A stretch of 64,000 nucleotides of DNA from Candidatus Limnocylindrales bacterium (GTDB lineage: Bacteria; Patescibacteriota; Microgenomatia; Levybacterales; UBA12049): assembly GCA_035526025.1 (NCBI GenBank), contig DATLDE010000012.1, positions 20,222 through 84,221 on the forward strand, read 5' to 3'. How positions within the stretch are numbered: the stretch's first letter is position 1; the number at the start of each line of letters is the position of its first letter. The notes under the pieces were generated by a model that did not search any database, was not told the DNA's origin, and saw nothing but the letters and a program-made list of their open reading frames with translations. Both the position numbers and the translations under genes were made by a program. This document shows, piece after piece, positions 26,297 to 35,737 of this stretch.

Positions 26297-27340
26297 TTAA
26301 AATCGTGAAATTAGATTTAGTATCTTGAAATTCCAGCCAACTCTGTGTGTATTGCCGATTTTTCCATGAACACTTTTTCTATTCTGCTTGTACCAGAGAT
26401 AACTCTCAAGAAACAGATCCTGATTTGATTTTTTAGGCTGCCAGTGCAAAAGTTTTTTTGCTTTTTCAACTGAAACATACGAATCAACAGGCATAGTTTT
26501 GTAATGCCAGGCCGCAATTGGTGAAAGGCGTAGGACCTCAAGCGCTTGAAGAATGAACTGGGATGGCAAGGTAGGAAGCCCAGTGATTTTTGATTTGGAC
26601 TTAGTTTGCTTAATTACATATCCCAAGTCAGATTTCCATGTACCGAATTTTTCAGCTCCTATGTTGAAAATCTCGCCATTTACACGTGTTGTTAGTGCTT
26701 TTTCTATGGCATCAGCAATATCTGTAACTGCCAGTAGTTGATATTTATTATTTCCATCTCCAAGTATAAAAACCCGTTTGTCAGTATAGATTGCCTCAAA
26801 CCACAACTCAAAAACCCCTAGTCTTTCAGTTCCCAGGAAAGTTTTTGGACGGATGATATTTACTTGCAGGCCCTTTTTCTGATACTCCATGCATAGCTTT
26901 TCTCCCTCAATTTTTGATATACCATAGTGTCCGATTGGGTCAAGGGGTGATGTTTCGGTTTCTGGGAGGTGTTTGGGGACACCATAGACAGCTGTACTGG
27001 AGATGAAAACAAGACGTTTTATCTTATTTTTTAAGGCAGATGATAATATGTTTCTTGTGCCATCAATATTTACTGAAAATATTACTTTTTTATCAACTTG
27101 GATGGGAAGAGCGGCCGCTGCGTGAACTATATAATCCTGGCCAATCAAGGCTTTGTTAATTATTTTGGAATCTCTTATGTCACCTAGTACAACTTTTACC
27201 TTGCCAATCAAATCTTCCGCGTCTAGTTCTGCTAGGTCAAAAAGTGTAACAACGTACTTTTCTTTTAAAAACTTACGGGCTAAATGAACGCCCAAAAATC
27301 CCGTTCCGCCTGTAATGAGAACCTTTTTTGTCATGTGCAT
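26297..27340 (-). CDS. NAD-dependent epimerase/dehydratase (extended SDR)
   Basis: KKVLITGGTGFLGVHLARKF Rossmann motif and catalytic YGISK (YxxxK). Confidence 0.8.
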   Translation of the reverse strand: MHMTKKVLITGGTGFLGVHLARKFLKEKYVVTLFDLAELDAEDLIGKVKVVLGDIRDSKIINKALIGQDYIVHAAAALPIQVDKKVIFSVNIDGTRNILSSALKNKIKRLVFISSTAVYGVPKHLPETETSPLDPIGHYGISKIEGEKLCMEYQKKGLQVNIIRPKTFLGTERLGVFELWFEAIYTDKRVFILGDGNNKYQLLAVTDIADAIEKALTTRVNGEIFNIGAEKFGTWKSDLGYVIKQTKSKSKITGLPTLPSQFILQALEVLRLSPIAAWHYKTMPVDSYVSVEKAKKLLHWQPKKSNQDLFLESYLWYKQNRKSVHGKIGNTHRVGWNFKILNLISRF

Positions 27341-27401
27341 TCATTGTACTATTTTGGGGATTGCTGAAGCAAGAGAGGCATCTCTGAAATTAATTTAAAA
27401 A

Positions 27402-29096
27402 CTATTTTGTTTTCAAAATTACCTTGTCAAACAGTTCCATGTTTTTGTAAAACACTTTTTCACTACTCATTAAGTATTGGGTTGAATAATCGTTCAAAAT
27501 GCTCTCAGAAGATAAGTTAGTGAAATTCTGAGGAAGGACGATTAGAATATATGATTCGGAGGCATTTCTGGTGAGCAGCTCTTTAAGTTGTTCTGCGGAT
27601 GTAATGTCAATTATCTGATGCTTTTGAGTAAGATAGGGAAGAGGGTGTACACTGTTAATGGCTGGCCAAACAGTATTGCCAAGGAAAAAGGTAATTGTAG
27701 GTCTATCAACCGGAGCATTGATAATCTTTTGTGCCTCCCACGCACGAAACTCATTGATATAAAGTGTTTTTTCCCAAATGTTTTGAACGAAGTATAGCTG
27801 CAAATTGTAGATTGCAAAACCAACACATATCATGACAACAAATCCTTTTGCTATTTGTTTTCCAAGGGTTTTTTGTATCAATTGGGCAGCTTTGGTTATT
27901 CCACTGGCGGTAAGTAAGATAATGATCGGTACAACAGACATTAAGCGGTGAGTGTAGTTGATCTCTGTAAGCAATGCGCTATTGAAAAAAGGAATACCCA
28001 AAATTGCAGCAATTAAGAGGAGGAAATTGGCATTTTTTATATTTCTAATCACAAAATAAAGCCCGATTAAAAATAGTAATGAAAAGGGCAGAACAAGAAA
28101 CGGCCCACCATAATGATAATGAAAATTGATCGGCTCATAAATATATGCCAGAAGAGAGTGCGCATAATTTGTAATCAAATGTAAAAATTCATTTCCCGCG
28201 CTTGTAACCTGCGCAGTTCCAGCTGCAAATGCTTCAGTAGGTCTGGTCTTGAAAACTACGAGTTCAGGCCCGATAGCGATTAGAAAGAAAGAAAGAAAAG
28301 TGATTATTGAGCGGAGGCGATTGGTTTGTGACCTTTGAGACATAATGAAGATTATCGTTGTTAGTAATACGATCGCTCTTAAACCGCTATAGAAATGAAG
28401 CCCAAATCCAAGCGTTATTGCAAGTAAGATAATGGAATAAATCGAGCGGCGTTGTATATAGACAGAAAAGACGAGTAAAATCACAAGCGCATAAAAACTG
28501 TCAAAAAGATTAAGAAACTCAGTGCGGCTGAAATGAATATGGACATGATATGTAGCAAGAAGAAGCATCGCAACAAGCCCTGTTTTTTTATCAAACAATT
28601 TTTTGGCAAGAAAATATATGAGGATTATCGAACAAACCCCAAAGAATGCTGAGAAAAAGCGGACTTTTAACACGGGGTTACTAAAAAGCAGATGCGGAAT
28701 AGTGGATAAAGCAAAAAAGAAATTATTAATTCCGGCATAGTATCCAAAAAAATCAGCTAGTTCCCCTGTTAAGATTTTTTGGGGAAAAAATCCGGTATCT
28801 TTTGCTTCATCATGGGTCAATATGGGAATTGTGCTGAGGCTTGCAAATCGGACTAAAATGCCAAGCAGTAAGATGCTTAAAAAATCCCAATGCTTTCTGA
28901 GTAATTTTTTCAGATGGAATTTTTGAGGCAGGAAGCTTGGCAGCTTTTCATTATGGAGTATAAAGCCCAGGGAATAGACAATGGATATGAGCCAAAGCAT
29001 CAGAGAGGGAAGAGAGCGTGTAGGATTTTGGGAATATAAAAAAATTGAGAGAAAAGACGAGAGAAGAATGACAGACAGAAAGAGTATATTTCCCAT
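27402..29096 (-). CDS. GT-C fold glycosyltransferase (family 39 / ArnT-PMT-like), paralog 1
   Basis: 564 aa, ~12 TM N-terminal half plus C-terminal soluble domain; architecture of polyprenol-P-sugar dependent GT39/GT83 enzymes. Confidence 0.5.
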   Translation of the reverse strand: MGNILFLSVILLSSFLSIFLYSQNPTRSLPSLMLWLISIVYSLGFILHNEKLPSFLPQKFHLKKLLRKHWDFLSILLLGILVRFASLSTIPILTHDEAKDTGFFPQKILTGELADFFGYYAGINNFFFALSTIPHLLFSNPVLKVRFFSAFFGVCSIILIYFLAKKLFDKKTGLVAMLLLATYHVHIHFSRTEFLNLFDSFYALVILLVFSVYIQRRSIYSIILLAITLGFGLHFYSGLRAIVLLTTIIFIMSQRSQTNRLRSIITFLSFFLIAIGPELVVFKTRPTEAFAAGTAQVTSAGNEFLHLITNYAHSLLAYIYEPINFHYHYGGPFLVLPFSLLFLIGLYFVIRNIKNANFLLLIAAILGIPFFNSALLTEINYTHRLMSVVPIIILLTASGITKAAQLIQKTLGKQIAKGFVVMICVGFAIYNLQLYFVQNIWEKTLYINEFRAWEAQKIINAPVDRPTITFFLGNTVWPAINSVHPLPYLTQKHQIIDITSAEQLKELLTRNASESYILIVLPQNFTNLSSESILNDYSTQYLMSSEKVFYKNMELFDKVILKTK

Positions 29097-29794
29097 TATT
29101 GTGCTCTTCTTAATTTATACAATCCTAAAATGTTCCGCAAGGCGATATCGAAAATCTTATTGGATTTGTAAACTTGGGTGCTGCCATTGAGTCGCTCTCT
29201 GTGGTTGATGGGGAGTTCATGGACTGCTATATTTTTCTTTACACACATACCGATAAACCCCCACCAAAAGCCTTCTTTTAGAAAACGTAAGTAGGGAATG
29301 TGGGGATGAACCGTTGCTTTTTTAAATAACACAAAAGGGGCACTGGGATCATGGATGTTATTGGGAAAGAGAAAAGTAAATAATTGTTTAAATGCCTTCG
29401 AAAATAACTTTCGCTGAAGTGGGTCAGCTCTATTTGTACGGTGCCCAATCAGAATTGGCGCTTTATGTTTTTTATCCCAAAATTTCGTGAAATCCTTAGG
29501 GTCACACTGACCGTCAGAATCAATACAGAGAATATACTCAGACTTCGCAGCTACAATTCCATCAATAACCGCGCCACCATATCCTCTGCGCTTTTGCTTC
29601 TGGCTAAGTATAATAGGGAATTTTTTACCTAATTTCTTAAGTAACTCTTTTGTTCCGTCCGTTGATCCGTCCTCACAAATTACAAAAGAAAAAGAAAGTT
29701 TTTGCTGCTTAAGCATTTGTTGCCATTCCTTAAGGACTGTTTCAATCGTATCTTTTTCATTATAAACCGGTAAGATGATATTTAATTTATACAT
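29096..29794 (-). CDS. GT2 polyprenol-phosphate glycosyltransferase (DPM1/ArnC/GtrB-like)
   Basis: ILPVYNEKDTIETVL ... CEDGSTDGT ... IDSDGQCDP (GT2 DxD-containing motifs); 232 aa. Confidence 0.8.
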   Translation of the reverse strand: MYKLNIILPVYNEKDTIETVLKEWQQMLKQQKLSFSFVICEDGSTDGTKELLKKLGKKFPIILSQKQKRRGYGGAVIDGIVAAKSEYILCIDSDGQCDPKDFTKFWDKKHKAPILIGHRTNRADPLQRKLFSKAFKQLFTFLFPNNIHDPSAPFVLFKKATVHPHIPYLRFLKEGFWWGFIGMCVKKNIAVHELPINHRERLNGSTQVYKSNKIFDIALRNILGLYKLRRAQ

Positions 29795-29797
29795 GTC

Positions 29798-30841
29798 CTA
29801 GAGGGTCTCCACCTGTAATGGTTTTTCGCTGATAAACCATTCAATTGTGCTCTCAAGCCCGCGTCTTAGATCATACTGCGGCTGCCACCTGAGAATCTTT
29901 TTGGCTTTTGTGTTATTAAGTGCCCGTGTCTTCACTCCTTCCGGTTTGGTTTTATCAAATATTATTTTTTTAGGGTGCCAATTTATAATATCAAAAATCA
30001 TTTCCACCACTTCTTTTATAGTATAACGGGTGCTCGTGCCAAGATTGATTACATCACCATTTGTGATTTTCTCACAAGCGGCAAGGGTTCCGGATGCTAT
30101 GTCATCAACATAGGTGAAATCACGGTCTTGATTGCCCGAACCCCACACGATATATGGATCCTGCCGCTCCACTGCGCGTCTTATAAGCATGATTATTGCA
30201 TGGGTGTCGTTTTCCCAAGGGCCATAGGCTGTTACATAGCGTGCCCCCGATCCCTTCAGTCCATACTGTTTGTTATATGCTTTTAGGGTCATTTCTCCCA
30301 TTAATTTTGCCCATCCATATTCCTGGTCTGCATTTGCCCAGTTATTTTTAATTGCGTCAGTTTCTTTTAACAAATAAGTTGAGTCATATTCTTTTTGTAA
30401 ATCATGAGGGTAAACACATGCACTGGATGCAAAAAATACCCTGTCAATGCCACAGGCAGAAGAAGCTTTTATGACATTTTGGTTTATTGCAAAACCCTCT
30501 GAGCAATCCGCAGGATGGGTGTCAATATAGCCGCGGCCGCCAAAATTGGCTGCCAGGTGGAAGACAATATCGTGGTCTTTGATTGTTTCAATGGCAACTG
30601 AAAAATGTTCATAATTGGCATTAACAAACCGGTGGCCTTTATTGGCTGATAATCCTGTCTTTGTTTTTCTCCATTTGAGGTCATTTTCTTTCCAAACTCT
30701 CTGAATATTTTGCAGGCTACCAGATGACAGATTGTCACCGATTGTTGTTATAGCACCTTTTTTAATTAGCTGGTTAATAAGGGCTGATCCGATAAAGCCC
30801 GCACCACCGGTTACCAACACCCGCTTTCCTTCATAGAACAT
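29798..30841 (-). CDS. NAD-dependent epimerase/dehydratase (nucleotide-sugar modifying SDR)
   Basis: KRVLVTGGAGFIGSALINQL and catalytic YGWAK (YxxxK). Confidence 0.8.
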   Translation of the reverse strand: MFYEGKRVLVTGGAGFIGSALINQLIKKGAITTIGDNLSSGSLQNIQRVWKENDLKWRKTKTGLSANKGHRFVNANYEHFSVAIETIKDHDIVFHLAANFGGRGYIDTHPADCSEGFAINQNVIKASSACGIDRVFFASSACVYPHDLQKEYDSTYLLKETDAIKNNWANADQEYGWAKLMGEMTLKAYNKQYGLKGSGARYVTAYGPWENDTHAIIMLIRRAVERQDPYIVWGSGNQDRDFTYVDDIASGTLAACEKITNGDVINLGTSTRYTIKEVVEMIFDIINWHPKKIIFDKTKPEGVKTRALNNTKAKKILRWQPQYDLRRGLESTIEWFISEKPLQVETL

Positions 30842-30857
30842 ATCAGATCATTATAGA

Positions 30858-32558
30858 TTATCTTTTCTTGAAAATCATTACTTTCGGATGGTCATAGACT
30901 GTAAATGATTCATCTGCGCTTTCGTCATTGATTGGGATATTGAAAATCGGGATGTTTGGGTAATTTGTGAATTCTGCAACTTTTTGAAAGGGGGAATTTC
31001 CGGCAAACAGATTTTTGTAATAAGTTGCAGTCATGGGAAAGCAGCTATTTATAGGCAAGGACCTGCAGTCAGTTAATTTAAGAAGGGGCGTGTAGAGTCT
31101 GTTGGAGGCAATTATCACGTAATCAGCTTGCTGAAGCTGGGTATTTATCTGTGCCCACTTCATTTCAGTATCCGGGTCATAGAGATTAAGAGTTAACATT
31201 TGGTAATTTGACTGAATAGCAAGTGGCAATCCGTCGTCCCAGTGTTCAATTGCAATGACTTTTCCAACCGGGATATTTTGCCTAATCCAGAAAGTTGCAT
31301 CAACTCTGGTATTATTTCTGGTGTAAATATTTAAAAAAGTCAAAGGCCATATTACGCTTATAACTAAAAACAAATAACCAACAACAATACGAGTGTTTTT
31401 GGATTGGATGCTAACAATAATTCTATAAACTAATAATGCGGCGAACAATGCAAGGAGCGGATAGAGGGGCAGCATGTAGCGCATGAATCCTACCGAGAAT
31501 CTTCCAACAACAATTAAGTAAGATAGGAAAAATACAAAAATAATAAATTCTTTTGCAAATTGGGAATTGCGTTCTTTTTTGAAAATGAGAAACGTAAAGT
31601 AAATTAAACCTGAGAATGCGAGAGTGCCAAGTACCGGGCCTAGTCCCCAGAAGAAAACATTTTTAAGTTCATAGATATAGGGAATTTTTCCTACATACTG
31701 AAGAGTATAGGGAAAATAAAATGGGTTTTTGGTAAGTTCTGATTGCTGGAGGGTTTGGGACCAGAAGCTTTGGAAATCTATCAAAGCGTAGGGTTCAAAG
31801 AATGCAAAGGTTAAGAAAGTTACTAACACGATAGCTACGCCATGCGTAAGAATACGTTTTATGGAAGCAGGCATAAGAGGGAGCCAGTGCTTAATTTTAT
31901 GGGGACTTTTCATAAATATCAAAAGAAAATCGGCTGTCAGAGTGAGCCCGATTGATAAAATTAAAACAACTGCGCTTATTTTTGTCGCAAGCGCTAAGCC
32001 AAATAAAAATCCTACCATCAGTGATCTGGTAAGCGAAGGCTTTTCATAAAAGCGCAAAAGTGAATAAAGCGTTGCGAGGGTAAAGCAGGTCAGAAGAGTA
32101 TCAACTGCGAAGAAGTGGGAAAGCTGGATTGGCAGGACGCTTATTGTGTAGAAAAAAGCCGCCAATAGACCTGAAGGTGTATTGAATAATTTGCGGGCAA
32201 TTTTATAGATTAAAAAAACCGAAAAAAGATCAGCAAGAGCGGACAACACCCGTCCAACAAGATGGAGTGAGGGATAATGACTAAGTGTGGGATCCAAAAC
32301 GCTTAAAGAGTCTCCTGTGACACGCAGGAGATACATAGGGAAAGATCCGTAAGCGAAGAATTTAGGATTCCAGGAGCTTTGGGGAGAAAGAAAGTAATTG
32401 ACGTTATTTGGAAATTTTAATTTATCAACTGCCATGAGTATGGCCCGTTCATCAGGATGCAATTGATGCCCGCTATCCCAATTGATATTATAAAAGCGGA
32501 AAGTCGCCGCAAGGAGAAGAATTAAAACTAGAATTAACTTATCTTTGGAAAATTTCAT
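30858..32558 (-). CDS. GT-C fold glycosyltransferase (family 39-like), paralog 2
   Basis: 566 aa polytopic membrane protein with a DE-containing first loop (LHPDERAIL, as in the PMT/ArnT DE motif) and a C-terminal soluble domain. Confidence 0.55.
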   Translation of the reverse strand: MKFSKDKLILVLILLLAATFRFYNINWDSGHQLHPDERAILMAVDKLKFPNNVNYFLSPQSSWNPKFFAYGSFPMYLLRVTGDSLSVLDPTLSHYPSLHLVGRVLSALADLFSVFLIYKIARKLFNTPSGLLAAFFYTISVLPIQLSHFFAVDTLLTCFTLATLYSLLRFYEKPSLTRSLMVGFLFGLALATKISAVVLILSIGLTLTADFLLIFMKSPHKIKHWLPLMPASIKRILTHGVAIVLVTFLTFAFFEPYALIDFQSFWSQTLQQSELTKNPFYFPYTLQYVGKIPYIYELKNVFFWGLGPVLGTLAFSGLIYFTFLIFKKERNSQFAKEFIIFVFFLSYLIVVGRFSVGFMRYMLPLYPLLALFAALLVYRIIVSIQSKNTRIVVGYLFLVISVIWPLTFLNIYTRNNTRVDATFWIRQNIPVGKVIAIEHWDDGLPLAIQSNYQMLTLNLYDPDTEMKWAQINTQLQQADYVIIASNRLYTPLLKLTDCRSLPINSCFPMTATYYKNLFAGNSPFQKVAEFTNYPNIPIFNIPINDESADESFTVYDHPKVMIFKKR

Positions 32559-33130
32559 GACTTCAAACTTGTGGTTTTCGGTTTTGTTATTAGTAAAACC
32601 ATCAATAAATTAATAATTACAATGTAAAGAGGATATGAAAAATCTTTAATTGCATATGCGGAAAGTGCAAGCAGGTTGAAAGCTCCTGCGACAGAATCTA
32701 GCAGGAAAAAACTCCATACTTCTGTATTTGGTTTGTGATAAGTTTTGATAATTGTTGGAATCATGCCCGTAAAGTCTGCGAAAATGGCAAAATACAACGC
32801 GATCACTGGATTGTTTGTTGTTTGCCATAAAATAATTCCAGCAATAGCGATAATCAGACAGGCTACATCGGTTTTTGTCCATCCACCCATTCCATACTTA
32901 AAACTAAGTACAAAAACAATAATTGATTGTAATAGCGAAACCCCAGCAAGCCAAACTGCAACATTGTTATGCTGGGCTATTAATGAGGCTGCTGCAAGAG
33001 TATTAATTAGAAGCAGAACAAATCGAGTAGTGCGATGTGGCTTCGCATCGCCTCTTAAAATAGCTTTGGAGTAAATGATTGGAGAGATTACAGGGAGAGC
33101 GGTGCTTATTATTAGGAAAATTGTTTTCAT
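32555..33130 (-). CDS. Small polytopic membrane protein (6 TM), function unknown
   Basis: 191 aa hydrophobic protein, translationally coupled between two GT-C genes. Confidence 0.4.
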   Translation of the reverse strand: MKTIFLIISTALPVISPIIYSKAILRGDAKPHRTTRFVLLLINTLAAASLIAQHNNVAVWLAGVSLLQSIIVFVLSFKYGMGGWTKTDVACLIIAIAGIILWQTTNNPVIALYFAIFADFTGMIPTIIKTYHKPNTEVWSFFLLDSVAGAFNLLALSAYAIKDFSYPLYIVIINLLMVLLITKPKTTSLKS

Positions 33131-33150
33131 CTTACTACAAATTGTAGCAT

Positions 33151-34959
33151 TTATTTGCTGGCTTTTTTAAATATCATTACCGTTGGGCGGTCAAAAACCA
33201 TTGCAGTTTCTTCAAATCTAAATACAGGGTCGTTAAGGTAGGTGATGCGGCAGAAAATATCACATGGTGTTTGATATATCTTTTCCCATTGTTCGCTATT
33301 TATTAATTCGGAATAGAACAAATGTCCATTGGGGAATTTAGCCCTTTTTGGCAAACGGGAAATGAGAAGTCTTTGGCTTGGTAAAATCATATATTCTGTT
33401 GAGCTCAAATCTTCTTTGAGTTTTTGTTGCGTAAACTCAGGTGAGTTATTGTCCAGCTCATAAAAATTAAACATATTAATAGGATCGCTAAAATTAAAGG
33501 GTATCAGTCCCAAATCATAAGGTTCACTCATAACCTTAGAACTAAAAGGTATATTTAATTTTGCAAATTCACTAGCAATAACTCTTGTGTCCGGTCTTGC
33601 AAAAGCTGTTATAAAATATGAAACTCCGAACAGAATATTTAAACCTAAAAAAATACTAAATACTAAATACCTAATTCTTAATACTTGTTTCTTTCTATCC
33701 ACCAAATCCCATAAGTGCGCAAACGCAAGGGATAGCGTTAAGTACATGAATGGGAGCGCGGGTACTATGTAGCGGGTCCATTTGGCAAAAAGAACCGCTT
33801 GAGGTAAGAAAAGGGTTAAGAAATAAAAATTAAGAAGTAAGAGCGGCACGCTTTTGGTCTTAGCCGCTTGGAATAATAGATACAAGAATGCTGGCACAAA
33901 CATGGCTGTGAGTAGAGGATTTAAAATGAATGGGAAAATCCTATTAAATTGAAAAATAATCGGAATTGTGTCGTAAAACCCTTGGGTATAAAAAACAGGA
34001 AGTGAGCCGAGGGCGAGACCCGATTCATACTTCATGCTATTAAGAAATGATTGATAGTCAAAGTGGACAAAGGGATTGCTGATAAAATAAGTTGCTGTCG
34101 CAACGGCAGCAAAAAATAATATACGGATTATAGCTTTAGTAAAGCGTTTCATGTGGAGAGATAATGTGTTTTTTGGGTCATTATGTTTTGTTCGAAAAGT
34201 TGCATGGTAATATTGAAAATCCTTGTAAAGAATAGCAATAATTGGCAAAGGAAGGATCAGAATGTGAGAAATTTTTGTGGCAATAAGTATCCCGCTTATT
34301 ATCGCGAGAAGAAAAATATTGGATGCAGTAAGCTTCTCTATGCAGCGTAAGCAAAGCCAGAAGAGGAGTGTAGTGAAAAATGTCAGCCACATTTCAAACG
34401 TTCCGAAATGTGCGAATTGAATAAAGCCAACGCTAAATGCCGCAAAAAATGCAGCCAAAAGGCCAGTTTTCGTACCCTTCAAATTTTTACCGATAAGATA
34501 GAGCAAGGGGATAAGAAGTGTTGAAAAAAAAGCGGAGTAAACCCGACTTATGACTATTGCCTGCTCAAAAGATGATTTACAATCAGCAATTAACAATTGA
34601 CAGGACGTAAAAAAGTTATAAATAAGGCCAGAAAAATAAATTGCATAAATAGGCAAAGAACCATAAGCAAAAAAATTAGGATTCATTTGCTCTGGAAATC
34701 TTAACTGCGCAACGGCAGTTGCGATATTACGCTCATCAGGGTGGAAATAAAATGGAGCCCCCCAGTTGAGATTGTAAAATCTCAAACAAACACCGATTAA
34801 AATTAAAGCTAATAAGACAATGTTTATTATTCGAGCTTGTCGAGAACTTCTCGATTCGCTTTGCTCACTCGAAGAAGATGGCATAGACTTTATTGTAGTA
34901 GCTTTCAGCCTCGTTGACAAATGGCTTATAAGATGATATATTTCAGCCCATGGCATCAT
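33151..34959 (-). CDS. GT-C fold glycosyltransferase (family 39-like), paralog 3
   Basis: 602 aa with FHPDERNIA (DE motif in first loop), many TM, and a C-terminal soluble domain ending ...VMIFKK like paralog 2 (...VMIFKKR). Confidence 0.55.
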   Translation of the reverse strand: MMPWAEIYHLISHLSTRLKATTIKSMPSSSSEQSESRSSRQARIINIVLLALILIGVCLRFYNLNWGAPFYFHPDERNIATAVAQLRFPEQMNPNFFAYGSLPIYAIYFSGLIYNFFTSCQLLIADCKSSFEQAIVISRVYSAFFSTLLIPLLYLIGKNLKGTKTGLLAAFFAAFSVGFIQFAHFGTFEMWLTFFTTLLFWLCLRCIEKLTASNIFLLAIISGILIATKISHILILPLPIIAILYKDFQYYHATFRTKHNDPKNTLSLHMKRFTKAIIRILFFAAVATATYFISNPFVHFDYQSFLNSMKYESGLALGSLPVFYTQGFYDTIPIIFQFNRIFPFILNPLLTAMFVPAFLYLLFQAAKTKSVPLLLLNFYFLTLFLPQAVLFAKWTRYIVPALPFMYLTLSLAFAHLWDLVDRKKQVLRIRYLVFSIFLGLNILFGVSYFITAFARPDTRVIASEFAKLNIPFSSKVMSEPYDLGLIPFNFSDPINMFNFYELDNNSPEFTQQKLKEDLSSTEYMILPSQRLLISRLPKRAKFPNGHLFYSELINSEQWEKIYQTPCDIFCRITYLNDPVFRFEETAMVFDRPTVMIFKKASK

Positions 34960-35723
34960 CTATTGAAGCAATACTTGCATACCAACAAGCACAAGCAGAG
35001 CCTGACAGAGCTCAAGAGATTAGTCGGTTAAGAGATGTTATTAAGCGTGCAAAAGAAGATGGAGTGATCGATGAAAGCTTGCCCCCGACACGTGTAGCGA
35101 CAGCAAGGGAAGAAAGGGATAGGCTTACGCGGGAGGTTCAAGATCGCGCACGCGCAACCTATATGTTGTTAGAAGGTGTGAGAACTCCAACAAATGAGGA
35201 CATGGAGGCATTAAGAGGTGCTAGGGTTTTTGATATTGAACCTGTTTCGCTAGGGAGATTGGTAGAAGATCATCCAGAGCATTTTAAACGAGGTCAAATG
35301 GATATTCTTGATGGACGTAGACGTAGTGAGCTTAAGAATTATGTGCCCCCTGCAATGGCAGTTGTCATGAGATTTGATGTCCTAGATCATCCACGTGGTC
35401 AGGGTGAACAGGGTTTTCTAAAAGTTTTAAATGCAGTTGATGATTACTCAGAAAGTGAGATTAAGCCACGAAATGCTGATGCTCAGGCGGTTCTGTTGCC
35501 TGCATCAGCACTTGCTCAAATAGACATTAGCCTTGCGGCAGAAGGTAAGGCACTATTTTCCAGCCATTGCACGAGCGTATTAGATAATTATGGCGCTATG
35601 CGTATTGGGCGTGGTGGACCAGCGGGGAGATTGGTTGTAGGTGATTGGGTTGATGGGCTTGCGGGAGTCCATGTACGAATCACTCCTGGAATAGTATTTC
35701 CCAAAAATAGATCCTCCCAATAA
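34950..35723 (+). CDS. Hypothetical cytoplasmic Arg/Glu-rich protein encoded on a GC-rich (~46%) segment; probable horizontally acquired gene
   Basis: 257-aa ORF, the only long ORF in this segment. Compositionally distinct from flanking genes (R-rich rather than K-rich; GC well above the ~35% background). Confidence 0.45.
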   Translation: MASSIEAILAYQQAQAEPDRAQEISRLRDVIKRAKEDGVIDESLPPTRVATAREERDRLTREVQDRARATYMLLEGVRTPTNEDMEALRGARVFDIEPVSLGRLVEDHPEHFKRGQMDILDGRRRSELKNYVPPAMAVVMRFDVLDHPRGQGEQGFLKVLNAVDDYSESEIKPRNADAQAVLLPASALAQIDISLAAEGKALFSSHCTSVLDNYGAMRIGRGGPAGRLVVGDWVDGLAGVHVRITPGIVFPKNRSSQ

Positions 35724-35737
35724 TTCAGAGTTCTAAA

